A stretch of 32,816 bases of DNA, from assembly GCA_964010765.1 (NCBI GenBank), contig CAXGMD010000037.1, positions 1-32,816 of the forward strand. Reading direction: 5' to 3'. This DNA comes from an uncultured bacterium. GTDB lineage: Bacteria > SAR324 > NAC60-12. The translations under genes were made by a program, and so were the position numbers. Below are positions 1-9,302 of this stretch, piece after piece. Positions within the stretch are counted from its first letter, which is position 1. Each line of letters begins with the position of its first letter. The notes beneath the pieces are model-generated. The model had not been told where the DNA came from. It saw only the letters and a program-made list of their open reading frames with translations, and did not search any database.

Positions 1-83
1 TGAGCCAGAACCTGAGCCAGAACCTGAGCCAGAACCTGAGCCAGAACCTGAGCCAGAACCTGAGCCAGAACCTGAGCCAGAAC
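1..83 (+). repeat. Perfect 12-bp tandem repeat TGAGCCAGAACC (6 full copies plus 11 nt, probably continuing upstream), encoding EPEP
   Basis: Read directly from bases 1-83; no synonymous variation between units. Confidence 0.97.
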
Positions 84-211
84 TACCCATCATAGAGGTA
101 GACTTCCCAGACCCAACAGGTCCTATCAATGATCAAATTGATGACGCTGTTGATGAAGAGCTAATTGAAACAATTCGCTCCATTCAAATCCAATTGAATT
201 ACCAAGAGTAA
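1..211 (+). CDS. 3' end of a protein with a (Glu-Pro)n low-complexity linker and acidic C-terminus (5'-truncated by window)
   Basis: Frame starting at base 2 reads EPEPEP...EPELPIIEVDFPDPTGPINDQIDDAVDEELIETIRSIQIQLNYQE, stop TAA 209-211; absent from the ORF track because it has no start in the window. Confidence 0.75.
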   Translation, partial: EPEPEPEPEPEPEPEPEPEPEPEPEPELPIIEVDFPDPTGPINDQIDDAVDEELIETIRSIQIQLNYQE

Positions 212-243
212 GGCAGAATCCATTATTCTGGGAATCTAAAAAT

Positions 244-999
244 CTACCGAATAGGAATTAACCCATGAGAATTGGGCTCTCGCCCCAGATGGAAGCGTAG
301 GTAGATGAGAAATGCCTTATGGAGTTCGCGCAGATTGAGCTTGGTCGGTTGCCAATGGATCTCCCCTGCTGCAAGTCTTCTCAACCCAACCACGGTTCCA
401 ATTGAGAGCCAAGCGGCATCCGGGTTTGGTTCCGTATGGCCTGGACCGCGAATTCCGCCGAGGCGAGCATCCAGTTGATAAAATACTTGCTCTGAGGGTA
501 GAAAATCAGGGGGTAGTGGTTGACCACTTACCTGGCAGCAGTCCAATTGAGGCTGAACTCCGAGTAGACAAAGAAAGTCCCACTCCCAATGTGCTTTGCG
601 AAATAGATCAGCAGGTTCACGCTGTAGATTTTTTAGGATGCTGGCCAGCCAGTTGAAGTAAAGTGGAGCTTCTGTGGAAGGAATTTCAGTCAGCAGGAGA
701 AGTTCTGCAAAATAGCTGGCATAGAGGAACCGAGAATAATCTTTTCGGATAGCTGGAAATAGATCCAAAGCCTCACAATGTTCAATCTTCACCATGGCCG
801 TCTGGCGTCGCTCAACATACTCGAATCGAGCCAGTACCAGAGACTCTGTAGCTGCCCTGTTTTGAGACTTCAGACTTCGAGCACCGTGGACAATCCCTGA
901 AATCTTGCCTTGTTCAGGAGTAAGAAACGTCAGAATACGATCTCGTTCTCTAAAATCTACGGGACGTAGAATAATACCCTCCTCATTGTGACAATTCAT
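244..999 (-). CDS. recO: DNA repair protein RecO
   Basis: N-terminal EGIILRPVDFRERDRILTFLTPEQGKISGIVHGAR (RecO OB fold), LFPAIRKD, LYASYFAELL, LGVQPQLDCC; 251 aa. Confidence 0.92.
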   Translation of the reverse strand: MNCHNEEGIILRPVDFRERDRILTFLTPEQGKISGIVHGARSLKSQNRAATESLVLARFEYVERRQTAMVKIEHCEALDLFPAIRKDYSRFLYASYFAELLLLTEIPSTEAPLYFNWLASILKNLQREPADLFRKAHWEWDFLCLLGVQPQLDCCQVSGQPLPPDFLPSEQVFYQLDARLGGIRGPGHTEPNPDAAWLSIGTVVGLRRLAAGEIHWQPTKLNLRELHKAFLIYLRFHLGREPNSHGLIPIR

Positions 1000-1181
1000 C
1001 CTTCAGTACCAGCTAAAGTCACGATCTATCATGCGGGCTTCCTATTTGTCAGTGACTTCTCTCAGCAGTAAAGAATCCAACTGCTCCACTTCTTGTTATT
1101 TGATTGGTTTTGGGAAGCAACCAGCCTAAACACTGCTGCTTTGAGCGATTATGATGATAGCGCCCGGAGGGTAAGAAGGAA

Positions 1182-1952
1182 TCAGAACCGGTAGGTACCG
1201 TAAAATCGGAGGGATTGTTCCAGACGAGCCTTGCCTGTCGAACCAGGATAGCTAATATCGATACCACTTTCTGGTAAGGCAAACGTGGACATGTCATACC
1301 AGGCATACTCAATCCCCACATGAAGAGAATCGTCAATCTGGATGGACACAGGAATTTCTAAACCATTCAGAGATGGCTGGGCTCTCGCATTTTCTACCGA
1401 ATCTGTGAGATGTCCAGATCCCCAGACACCTAACACAAGTTCCGGTGCTAACATCAAAGTGGGATGATCAATCAGTAGCCAACCTGCTGTTAGAGCAAAG
1501 GTCTGTTGTTTGTACCGTACCTCATCAGTGGCACTGGCGCCACCAGCAACCTCAATTAGCAACCATTGTAGACCAAGAGTATATCCTATAGATTCAACCC
1601 AATGATATTGAACTGACAAAGCAGTTCCATTCAAAGAAGTTTTTGGCCCACGGTTCGTATATGATCCTGCAGCGATACCAACCCCAATGCTGATTTGTTG
1701 CCGATAGCCTGTCTCATCAGCAACTTTCTCCTGGTTCACAACTATTGCTTCTTCTGGTACTTCTTGAGTAAACACATTAGGTGGCTCTTCCTCAGCAATT
1801 TCAATCTCTTCCTCACAAGTATATGCAATGACGCTAGCATCAAGCCCGAGACGTTGCATTTCTACACGTTCCTCTTTAGTACAGTTTCCCCAAGCAGTAC
1901 CCGTCAATAAAATGATTCCCATTATTGCGGTGCAGCAATTAGCAGCCCTCAT
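1182..1952 (-). CDS. Putative outer-membrane beta-barrel protein
   Basis: Signal peptide (IMGIILLTGTAWG), alternating amphipathic strands (QQISIGVGIAAG, GTALSVQYHW, YTLGLQW, LHVGIEYAWY), C-terminal FYGTYRF with terminal Phe. Confidence 0.7.
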   Translation of the reverse strand: MRAANCCTAIMGIILLTGTAWGNCTKEERVEMQRLGLDASVIAYTCEEEIEIAEEEPPNVFTQEVPEEAIVVNQEKVADETGYRQQISIGVGIAAGSYTNRGPKTSLNGTALSVQYHWVESIGYTLGLQWLLIEVAGGASATDEVRYKQQTFALTAGWLLIDHPTLMLAPELVLGVWGSGHLTDSVENARAQPSLNGLEIPVSIQIDDSLHVGIEYAWYDMSTFALPESGIDISYPGSTGKARLEQSLRFYGTYRF

Positions 1953-2116
1953 CTATGATATTCTCTAAAGGTTGATTAAGATCTTGGCACCTGATGCAAC
2001 AATCATGAAAGCACCGATTGTGGTTAGAACCTCTATATGTCAAATTCTACATTCCTTGCATCCCACAATATTACCACCTTAGGATTTCCATTCTCCTGTG
2101 TTGAGTCCACAATATC

Positions 2117-3544
2117 ATGAATCACCCAAAATACTTTTACCTGACCCTTCTGTTCATTGGCTGCGGCTTCTTGACCAATTGTAGTGAAGAAGAACCACCT
2201 TCTCCTGCAAAACCATCACCAGCAGCACCAAGCAATTATGGTAAAGGAGGCGATGTTTCAATAAATCCAATTAGTAAAACGAAAATCTCCAGCAGGCCTG
2301 TGTTTATCGTCACCTTTGGCGATTTAGTCCACTCCGTTATCATGGATAGTGTGGGCTACCCCGGCAAACCGAACAACACACTAAATTCATCTCAAAACAG
2401 CACCCTATGCCTTAGAGCGAACAGCAACAGTAATTGTGAGGCCTTAAACGTTATCTTTAATGATAATTCTACAATCGCAACTGTTACTCCGCTGAACCAC
2501 TTAAATGAAGGTGATTATACTTTTTTAGTTGCTGGCAGCATTTTAACATCTGTTGGTTCTCTTGGAGACGATCAGACATTTCAGTATACCGTGGTGTTCC
2601 CTCATGGTGGTGCCATCCAAAATTCCTTAAACTTAACTGACAATAGTCATACGCTGCTTGGGAATTCAAATACACCTTCCAGCAACCCCAAAGGTTTGGC
2701 AACTGATGGTACATACCTGTACGTTGCTGATACTTATAATGAAAAAATTCAAAAAATTACGCTCTCTAGTTCCGTTACAAACTCTTTCAGCTTAAACTCA
2801 TTGCCAGGTGAAGTGCAGACACTCCTTGAACCAGTGGATGTAACCGTTTCGTCAACACATCTATATATTTTAGATCGTGGATTTCGTCGCGTGCTTGAGG
2901 TTTCACTAGAAGGTGGTTCTTCCACTGTAATTACTGGTGGTGGAAGCATAGGATATACAGACGGCATTGGCATCTCAGCACAGTTCAACTCACCCAATGC
3001 AATCACGAATACCAAAGATTCAGAAGGTGTAGAGCACATCTTTGTTGCTGACACTTGCAACAACACTATCCGCCGGGTTGATCTAGATACAAACATAGTC
3101 ACATCTTTGCTACCGCCAGAACCTGGATGTGGTAGCGGCTCAAGTGATTCAGATAAGTTAAATTCACCTACAGATCTAACTACTAATGGATCTCAGCTCT
3201 ATATCGCTGATAAGGAAAACTCAGCGATCAAACGAATTGACCTCAATGATTGTAAGAATAAGAAACCAGAGTGGACCAACTGTACGCTTGAAAAAATAAT
3301 TAATTTGAACAGCCAACCCATTAGCATAATTACAGATGGGTCCTACATCTATGTAGGAACTGATGACCATAAAATCCATCGCTATGATCTAAATGGTAGT
3401 CCTGCAGACAATAATCCATTTCCCATCAGCGCTATTACTCCGCAAAGTCTAACAACTGATGGACAGAGTCTGATCTATTCAGAAGGAGGAAGAAATCGAG
3501 TTGTGCGTTTGCACACAGGAGAATTCAGCAAGGAAAAATACTAG
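2117..3544 (+). CDS. Lipoprotein with Ig-like domain and NHL-repeat beta-propeller
   Basis: Lipobox-like FLTNC after hydrophobic stretch; NHL motifs PKGLATDGTYLYVADTYNEKIQKI, AQFNSPNAIT..IFVADTCNNTIRRVDL, LNSPTDLTTNGSQLYIADKENSAIKRI. Confidence 0.8.
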   Translation: MNHPKYFYLTLLFIGCGFLTNCSEEEPPSPAKPSPAAPSNYGKGGDVSINPISKTKISSRPVFIVTFGDLVHSVIMDSVGYPGKPNNTLNSSQNSTLCLRANSNSNCEALNVIFNDNSTIATVTPLNHLNEGDYTFLVAGSILTSVGSLGDDQTFQYTVVFPHGGAIQNSLNLTDNSHTLLGNSNTPSSNPKGLATDGTYLYVADTYNEKIQKITLSSSVTNSFSLNSLPGEVQTLLEPVDVTVSSTHLYILDRGFRRVLEVSLEGGSSTVITGGGSIGYTDGIGISAQFNSPNAITNTKDSEGVEHIFVADTCNNTIRRVDLDTNIVTSLLPPEPGCGSGSSDSDKLNSPTDLTTNGSQLYIADKENSAIKRIDLNDCKNKKPEWTNCTLEKIINLNSQPISIITDGSYIYVGTDDHKIHRYDLNGSPADNNPFPISAITPQSLTTDGQSLIYSEGGRNRVVRLHTGEFSKEKY

Positions 3545-3561
3545 GCTAGAGGAAAAAGAGT

Positions 3562-4914
3562 CTACTGAAGGCGATCACCAAAAATATTCTGCAACTGAGA
3601 AACACATTCTTCGAAAGGAGTATTTTCACGCATTCCCTGACGAACAAACTCCAGCATCATTGGGTATTTCTGGATGGCGTAGTCGATCTCAGGATTACTC
3701 CCTCGAACATAAGCCCCAATATTGATCAGATCCTCCGCTTCTCGATAGGTGGCTAAGGTTCCACGAAACAGTTGTGCCATCTTCTGGTGTAATTCAGAAG
3801 TCACTTCCGGCATCACCCGACTGGCTGAGAGTAACAGATCAATCGCTGGGTAGGTTCCCTTCGCAGCAAGATCGCGACTGAGAACGATGTGACCATCCAC
3901 AATTGCTCGAGCTGCATCACCAATTGGATCATTCGCATCGTCTCCCTCTACTAATACGGTGTAGAAGCCTGTGATGGATCCACGTTCTCCTTGGGTTCCT
4001 GCTCGCTCGAGTAGATTCGGCATCATTGCGAACACGGAAGGCGGGTAGCCCTTGGTGGTTGGTGGTTCTCCGGCTGCCAATCCAATTTCTCTTTGAGCCA
4101 TCGCAAAGCGTGTCAGAGAATCCATAGTCAAGAGTACATTCTTGCCTTGCGCGCGAAAGAACTCGGCAATTGCAGTGGCTACAAAAGCACCTCGTAGTCG
4201 CAGTAAAGCTGGCTGGTCTGATGTTGCGACCACAACGATGGAACGGGCCATGCCCTCTGGTCCCAAAATTCCTTCAATGAAATCTTTGACCTCACGTCCA
4301 CGTTCCCCAATCAGAGCGATCACGTTTACATCCGCATCGGTGTAGCGGGCCATCATTCCAAGCAACACAGACTTACCAACTCCAGAACCTGCTAAAATCC
4401 CAACACGCTGTCCACGACCACAGGTCAATGTTCCATTGATAACTCGGACACCTACATCAAGTGGTTCGAAAACACGAGGTCGATTGAGAGGATTGATTGA
4501 AGGGGGATAGAGGGGTGTTTCCGTGTGTGTGAATAGTTCCCCTTGGCCATCAATCGGTCTCATCAGCGGATCAATCACACGACCCAAAAGCCCCTCTCCA
4601 ACACGAATGCTTGGATCTCGGTGGTTGTAGAGGATTCGGCAGTGTGGTCCTACATTGGTCATCTGCTCAAGCAGCATCACCAAGATCTTATCTTCCCGAA
4701 AGCCGACTACCTCCGCTGGTACAGATACACGAGTTTGCGGATCGTAGAGGAAACACATGCTGCCCTTTGAGCAGCCAGGATTAGTCGCCTCAATCAGGTG
4801 ACCAATCATCTGGGTCACTCGGCCTTCCGCTCGTAAAGGCTTGAAGCGCTGTACTGTCTTCAGGTAGGGACCAAGGTGGGAGTATCGTATCTGCTCAGCA
4901 GCTTCAGTGTTCAT
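3562..4914 (-). CDS. fliI: Flagellar export ATPase FliI
   Basis: Walker A AGSGVGKS, LIGERGREV, LLTMDSLTRFAMAQREIGLAAGEPPTTKGYPPSVF, DGHIVLSR; flagellar context; start overlaps fliH 3' end. Confidence 0.95.
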   Translation of the reverse strand: MNTEAAEQIRYSHLGPYLKTVQRFKPLRAEGRVTQMIGHLIEATNPGCSKGSMCFLYDPQTRVSVPAEVVGFREDKILVMLLEQMTNVGPHCRILYNHRDPSIRVGEGLLGRVIDPLMRPIDGQGELFTHTETPLYPPSINPLNRPRVFEPLDVGVRVINGTLTCGRGQRVGILAGSGVGKSVLLGMMARYTDADVNVIALIGERGREVKDFIEGILGPEGMARSIVVVATSDQPALLRLRGAFVATAIAEFFRAQGKNVLLTMDSLTRFAMAQREIGLAAGEPPTTKGYPPSVFAMMPNLLERAGTQGERGSITGFYTVLVEGDDANDPIGDAARAIVDGHIVLSRDLAAKGTYPAIDLLLSASRVMPEVTSELHQKMAQLFRGTLATYREAEDLINIGAYVRGSNPEIDYAIQKYPMMLEFVRQGMRENTPFEECVSQLQNIFGDRLQ

Positions 4915-6259
4915 CGAAATTTCCGAACAACTCGTTGGGATCTATCACTGTGTCTGATTCTGTAGGAGTTTCTGTCTGTGAGGGTCCCACAAAGAGTTCA
5001 GCCGGATCTATTTCAGCATTTGTATCAACAGCATCTACCAACTCTTCTTCCACGTTCATTCCTGATATCGATTCAGGAGTTTCCTCAGAAACCATGGAAT
5101 TTTCCTGCTCTTCAGGGGCTGCCAACACGTGTTGTTCTTCGGGTTCAGTTCCTTGGACTGTGGGATCGCCTGCTGCAGTTTGCAGTTCTTCCGGTACAGT
5201 AAAATCGTAGGCATCCATATCTACAGAGTGCATCTGTACCTGACGTTCTGCCAGTCGTTGACTCAGTTCCTCCTCAATTTGTTCAAATTGCTGCTGGAAG
5301 GTGAAGTTTAGCACGTCATCATCAGTTTCAATAAAGATGGATCCCGGCTCCGCTTCTTGATTGACCTTGAGCACAAGGGTCTGCTCCTCCCCCATGTACT
5401 GATCAAGGTTAACCCCGGTATTTTGCATGAATTCGTAGTCTTCTGGGTGCAGAAACACCTGAATCTTCCCCTTTGATTCAATTTCCCGGAGCGCCTTGAC
5501 CAAGATATTCTGCAACATCTCTGGGTTGATCATTAGCTCTTGCACTACTACCTGCTTAGCAATCAGGACAGCCAATTGAACCAACTCCTGCTCTGCTTGA
5601 AAGCGGACAACTTGCCGCAGATTGGAAAGCTGTTCAATGACACCATTCATCTGATTGGCTAGGTATTCTGATTCTTGGAAACGTTTCTCCATTCCAGCCT
5701 GCAAGCCCGCATCAAAACCTTCCTGATATCCTTGTTCCTTGACCTTATCTGCTTCTAGATGAGCTTCTCTGAGGACGGCCTGCCGTTCGTCCTCCATAGT
5801 TTGCTTTAGTGTGAGTGCTTCTTGCTTGAACTGCTCTGCCTCCAGATTAGCTTTCTCAGTCTTCAGCAAAAGTTGCTCTTTATAAAGCTGAGCCCCCTCT
5901 CGAATTGACTTGGCAAAGGCTTCTGCGTCCGTCAGTAGCGAGTTCTCTCGGATGAAGTTATCTGTTGCAAAAACACTCGCCAGCTCTTGCTTTTCGTCGT
6001 CTGAATAAGACTCCTCCCCAGTGTCCAACTCACCAAAAGCAGAACCATGCGAAGATTCTTGGTAAGAGGCGTCATAACCCTCGAAGTATTGGATGGCTTC
6101 AAATTCTTTCCCCTTGGCAAGATGCTCAGGGACCTCACCGGTTGGTACTGGAGGAGGAGCTACGTCAGGTTTACGATGAGGACGGCCTGGTTCTTCACTT
6201 TCAACATCCTCATCAAAACTGGGTAGCGTAAATTGCTCAAGGGCCTCTGGTGAGCTCAT
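4904..6259 (-). CDS. fliH: Flagellar assembly protein FliH, with long acidic N- and C-terminal extensions
   Basis: GxxxG repeats EQGYQEGFDAGLQAG, ELVQLAVLIAKQVV, IQVFLHPED, PGSIFIET; lies between fliF and fliI. ATG at 6259 preferred over TTG at 6322 (start uncertain). Confidence 0.85.
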   Translation of the reverse strand: MSSPEALEQFTLPSFDEDVESEEPGRPHRKPDVAPPPVPTGEVPEHLAKGKEFEAIQYFEGYDASYQESSHGSAFGELDTGEESYSDDEKQELASVFATDNFIRENSLLTDAEAFAKSIREGAQLYKEQLLLKTEKANLEAEQFKQEALTLKQTMEDERQAVLREAHLEADKVKEQGYQEGFDAGLQAGMEKRFQESEYLANQMNGVIEQLSNLRQVVRFQAEQELVQLAVLIAKQVVVQELMINPEMLQNILVKALREIESKGKIQVFLHPEDYEFMQNTGVNLDQYMGEEQTLVLKVNQEAEPGSIFIETDDDVLNFTFQQQFEQIEEELSQRLAERQVQMHSVDMDAYDFTVPEELQTAAGDPTVQGTEPEEQHVLAAPEEQENSMVSEETPESISGMNVEEELVDAVDTNAEIDPAELFVGPSQTETPTESDTVIDPNELFGNFDEH

Positions 6260-6337
6260 AAGACAGGAGTTATTCGTGGGAAAAGTGAGAGAGAACGGCA
6301 GGGATTCCAAGACAGCCACCAAGACTGTCTTATTCTA

Positions 6338-7951
6338 TTACTTCTTGTCGCGCAGCCAGGTACGTACGAGGCCTGCGGTCTTGATCGGATCTCCCTTGGC
6401 CATCTCGAGAATTTTTTCGCGGGGAGGTAGTCCAGATTCGCGTTCGGTTGGAATCTCAAGCTCCTCGCCTTCAAGTTCACCAATGGTTGCTGGCAGGCCC
6501 ATCAGCAGATCAAGATCTGCAGGTTTGGTGCTCAAGCGCTGAACCATCGGGCGGATGACCAACATGATCAATGCTAGTACAGCGGCACCTAAAGCAACAT
6601 AGCGGATGAGATCCAAAATGAACTGGTTGCGAACTCGGGTCGCTTCCAGTTCAGCTGCCTTATCTTCTTCAACAGCTTTACCAAACGGCATATTGACCAC
6701 CGAAACTCGGTCTCCACGGGGTTCATTAAAACCAATGGCGTTACGAACCAAGCTCTGAATTTCTTCTTTTTCGTTTTCAGACCAGGGAATGTTGTCTCGA
6801 CCGATATAGTTACCACTCTCATCAAGAATTTGCGGGCGCTTATTGTCCAGCAACACTGAAACCGTCAATCGTAAGACCTGGCCAGATGCAGTTTCTTTGA
6901 CTATTTCACGACGAGATGTTTCGTAGTTTCTTGTGGAATTCTTCTTGGCGAATTCAGAAACCGTTGCCGCCTCACGACCCGTAGCTTCAGGAAGATTGGT
7001 AGTGACACCAGCAGGACCAACCGGGATAGAACGTGTTCCCGTCGAGGCTTCGTCCACCAATTGTTCACTGACAACGCTAGTCTGATCAGGATCAATCAAT
7101 TGCTCACGAATCGTCTCGCGGTCGAATTGGAGCACCGCGTTGACATTGACTCGCACCCGGTCTTCTCCAACGACCTCTTCTAACTGGGCAATCACTTTCT
7201 GCTCCAGTTCCATCTCCAATCGTCGCTTATAGGAATAGTGTTCGTCCAAGCGTCCACCAACAGTCTGATCATCCATTCCCTCAGTCAGCAAGCGCCCTTT
7301 CTGATCAGTAATTCTGACCCGACGCGGCTCCAAACCCTCAACAGCACCTGCAACCAAATGAACGACAGTTTCGACCTGTTTTTCTGAAATACCTTGGGAT
7401 TTAACAGTTAGCGCTACTGAAGCTGAAGCTTCTTCTTGAGAATCTGAAAACAAGGTTTTCTGTGGAACAGCTAGTGAGACTTTAGCCCGATCAATGCTGT
7501 CAATCATACCAATCAGACGCGCTAACTCGCCCTCTTGGGCAATCCGATACTTGACCTGCTGCTGAAATTCTGTTTCACCCAGCGCTGGCTGTTCAAAAAG
7601 GTCGAGAAATCCAATACCGCCACCTGGTAATACCTTTTCGCTGGCCAACGTCAAGCGAGCTTGGTCAGCCATTTCTGGATGCACCATAACAGAGTTTCCA
7701 CCAGGACCGAGCAGGTAAGGAATCTGATTTTCTTGAAGCTTTTGTACGATGCGTGCGGCGTCCTGAGTCTCTAAATTTGAGTAGAGTGGAGCCCAGCTAT
7801 CTTGGTTGGAAATGATGATGATTGAGACCATCCCAACTAGGACGATCAGCAGCGATACCAGAACGGTGACCCGTTTGGCGATACTTAAGGAACCGAAAAA
7901 ATCTTGAAACTGGAGTCTTACGTCGCCTAGAACGCCGGCCTGCTCTGCCAT
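6338..7951 (-). CDS. fliF: Flagellar MS-ring protein FliF
   Basis: TM1, LYSNLETQDAARIVQKL, LGETEFQQQVKYRIAQEGELARLI, ASASVAL, LVAGAVEGL, RGDRVSVVNMPF, TM2, C-terminal AGLVRTWL. Confidence 0.96.
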   Translation of the reverse strand: MAEQAGVLGDVRLQFQDFFGSLSIAKRVTVLVSLLIVLVGMVSIIIISNQDSWAPLYSNLETQDAARIVQKLQENQIPYLLGPGGNSVMVHPEMADQARLTLASEKVLPGGGIGFLDLFEQPALGETEFQQQVKYRIAQEGELARLIGMIDSIDRAKVSLAVPQKTLFSDSQEEASASVALTVKSQGISEKQVETVVHLVAGAVEGLEPRRVRITDQKGRLLTEGMDDQTVGGRLDEHYSYKRRLEMELEQKVIAQLEEVVGEDRVRVNVNAVLQFDRETIREQLIDPDQTSVVSEQLVDEASTGTRSIPVGPAGVTTNLPEATGREAATVSEFAKKNSTRNYETSRREIVKETASGQVLRLTVSVLLDNKRPQILDESGNYIGRDNIPWSENEKEEIQSLVRNAIGFNEPRGDRVSVVNMPFGKAVEEDKAAELEATRVRNQFILDLIRYVALGAAVLALIMLVIRPMVQRLSTKPADLDLLMGLPATIGELEGEELEIPTERESGLPPREKILEMAKGDPIKTAGLVRTWLRDKK

Positions 7952-8094
7952 CTAAAGTGCCTTGAGCGGATATACTACGATAGAAAATTGATCGAAGACT
8001 TGTTTACAGTTCTTCGCAATACGTGATTATTTTCAGGAAAGTCTTGCATGTCGGCGATGAACGCCCTTATTTACTCAGTTGTGCGTGCGATACC

Positions 8095-8110
8095 AGCAAA
8101 ATTGATTCCA
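8095..8110 (-). promoter_or_regulatory. Putative sigma54 (-24/-12) promoter for fliF-fliH-fliI
   Basis: Minus strand TGGAAT-CAATT-TTGCT with exact GG-N10-GC spacing, in the 200-bp fliE-fliF gap. Confidence 0.6.
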
Positions 8111-8153
8111 CCGCCTGCTTTCAAACAGTTCTACAGGAGCGATAACAAGTAGA

Positions 8154-8459
8154 TCAGACCTGCATCCGCATAACTTCTTCGTAAGCTGTTGTTAGCTTGT
8201 TGCGTACCTGCAGTAGTAGTCGCAGTGATATTTCTGCCTTCTCCATGGCAATGACAGTTCCGTGGATATCTTTCTCAGAAGCTGTCAACAATTCTACTTG
8301 CTTCTGCTCAGCTTCCTGATGCTGACGATTAACTTCCATCAGCATTCGTTCAAATGTTTGTCCAATGTTGGCGCCAGATTCAGCGACGCTGGGTCGGGAC
8401 GGATCGGGCAGTAGGCTTTTGCCCTGCAAGCTGGAGAGTGAATCAGGAGGCAATTTCAT
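8154..8459 (-). CDS. fliE: Flagellar hook-basal body protein FliE
   Basis: DIHGTVIAMEKAEISLRLLLQVRNKLTTAYEEVMRMQV, the canonical FliE C-terminus. Confidence 0.96.
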   Translation of the reverse strand: MKLPPDSLSSLQGKSLLPDPSRPSVAESGANIGQTFERMLMEVNRQHQEAEQKQVELLTASEKDIHGTVIAMEKAEISLRLLLQVRNKLTTAYEEVMRMQV

Positions 8460-8523
8460 AGGTTCTGATTAATAGAGTAAAACCAAGAAGTGGCAAGAGT
8501 TTCGGGCAAAAAATTCCGCTCTT

Positions 8524-8811
8524 TCAAACACTTTCTGCAGAGCGTAGATGTCGATAAAGTTTTTGTAGAGACTGCTGCACTTCCATTGCTCGCTCATACA
8601 TACTGCGTGCTTGTCGCACTTCTGCTTGCAGATTCACACTACTGTGAAGGCCGTCTAATACTGAATCCACATCCTTGCCAAAGTTATCGACAGAACTGAG
8701 GGCTTGCTGCATCTGTTGCTGGAAGGGTCTCTCTGTTGTCACAGCAGCCTGGGTTGGACGCATGGGAACAGTGAGTTTATTATCCAAGGCGGTTGGCTTC
8801 TGCACGTTCAT
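8524..8811 (-). CDS. Small helical protein, candidate divergent FliE-like paralog (95 aa)
   Basis: ATG at 8811 preceded by GGAGG; co-oriented between flgC and fliE; PFQQQMQQALSSVD and AMEVQQSLQKLYRHL resemble FliE helices. Confidence 0.75.
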   Translation of the reverse strand: MNVQKPTALDNKLTVPMRPTQAAVTTERPFQQQMQQALSSVDNFGKDVDSVLDGLHSSVNLQAEVRQARSMYERAMEVQQSLQKLYRHLRSAESV

Positions 8812-8852
8812 AGGCCCTCCTGAATGGCCACCGAGGTCAAGCAACCAAAATC

Positions 8853-9302
8853 TTAGGCGTTTCGTCCGAGATCAAGGGCTGACTGAACCATGTTCTTAGT
8901 TGCATTGAAGGCCGCAGTGTTGGCCTCGTAGGAACGGTTTGCGGACATTAAGTTGACCATCTCTTCCATGATGTTCACGTTGGGCATCTCCACATAGCCC
9001 TCTTCGTTGGCGTCAGGATGTCCCGGCTCAAAGCGAAGAATTGGTGGTCGCTCATCCTGCACAATGCCCACAACTTTTACCTCAGTTGAAGTACTGACGG
9101 AACGATCTTGAGAGAGCAATTCTTCTTCAAAAGTTCGATCATTCGCCACAGATGCCAGAATTACTTCCCGGCGTCGGTAAGGCCCTCCCTGAGGAGTACG
9201 GGTTGTCTCAGCGTTGGCGATATTTTCTGAAATTGTGTTGACACGCTGCCGCTGGGCAGTCATCCCAGATACACTAGTATTGAATGCGGATAGAAAACTC
9301 AT
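8853..9302 (-). CDS. flgC: Flagellar basal-body rod protein FlgC
   Basis: SGMTAQRQRVNTISENIANAETTRTPQGGPYRRR, PGHPDANEEGYVEMPNVN, EMVNLMSANRSYEAN. Confidence 0.97.
   Translation of the reverse strand: MSFLSAFNTSVSGMTAQRQRVNTISENIANAETTRTPQGGPYRRREVILASVANDRTFEEELLSQDRSVSTSTEVKVVGIVQDERPPILRFEPGHPDANEEGYVEMPNVNIMEEMVNLMSANRSYEANTAAFNATKNMVQSALDLGRNA

Noticed and set aside
1..83. CRISPR array
   Set aside because: Contiguous 12-bp units with no spacers; in-frame coding repeat
1985..1998. sigma54 promoter TGGCACCTGATGCA before the NHL lipoprotein
   Set aside because: GG-to-GC spacing is 8 rather than the obligatory 10
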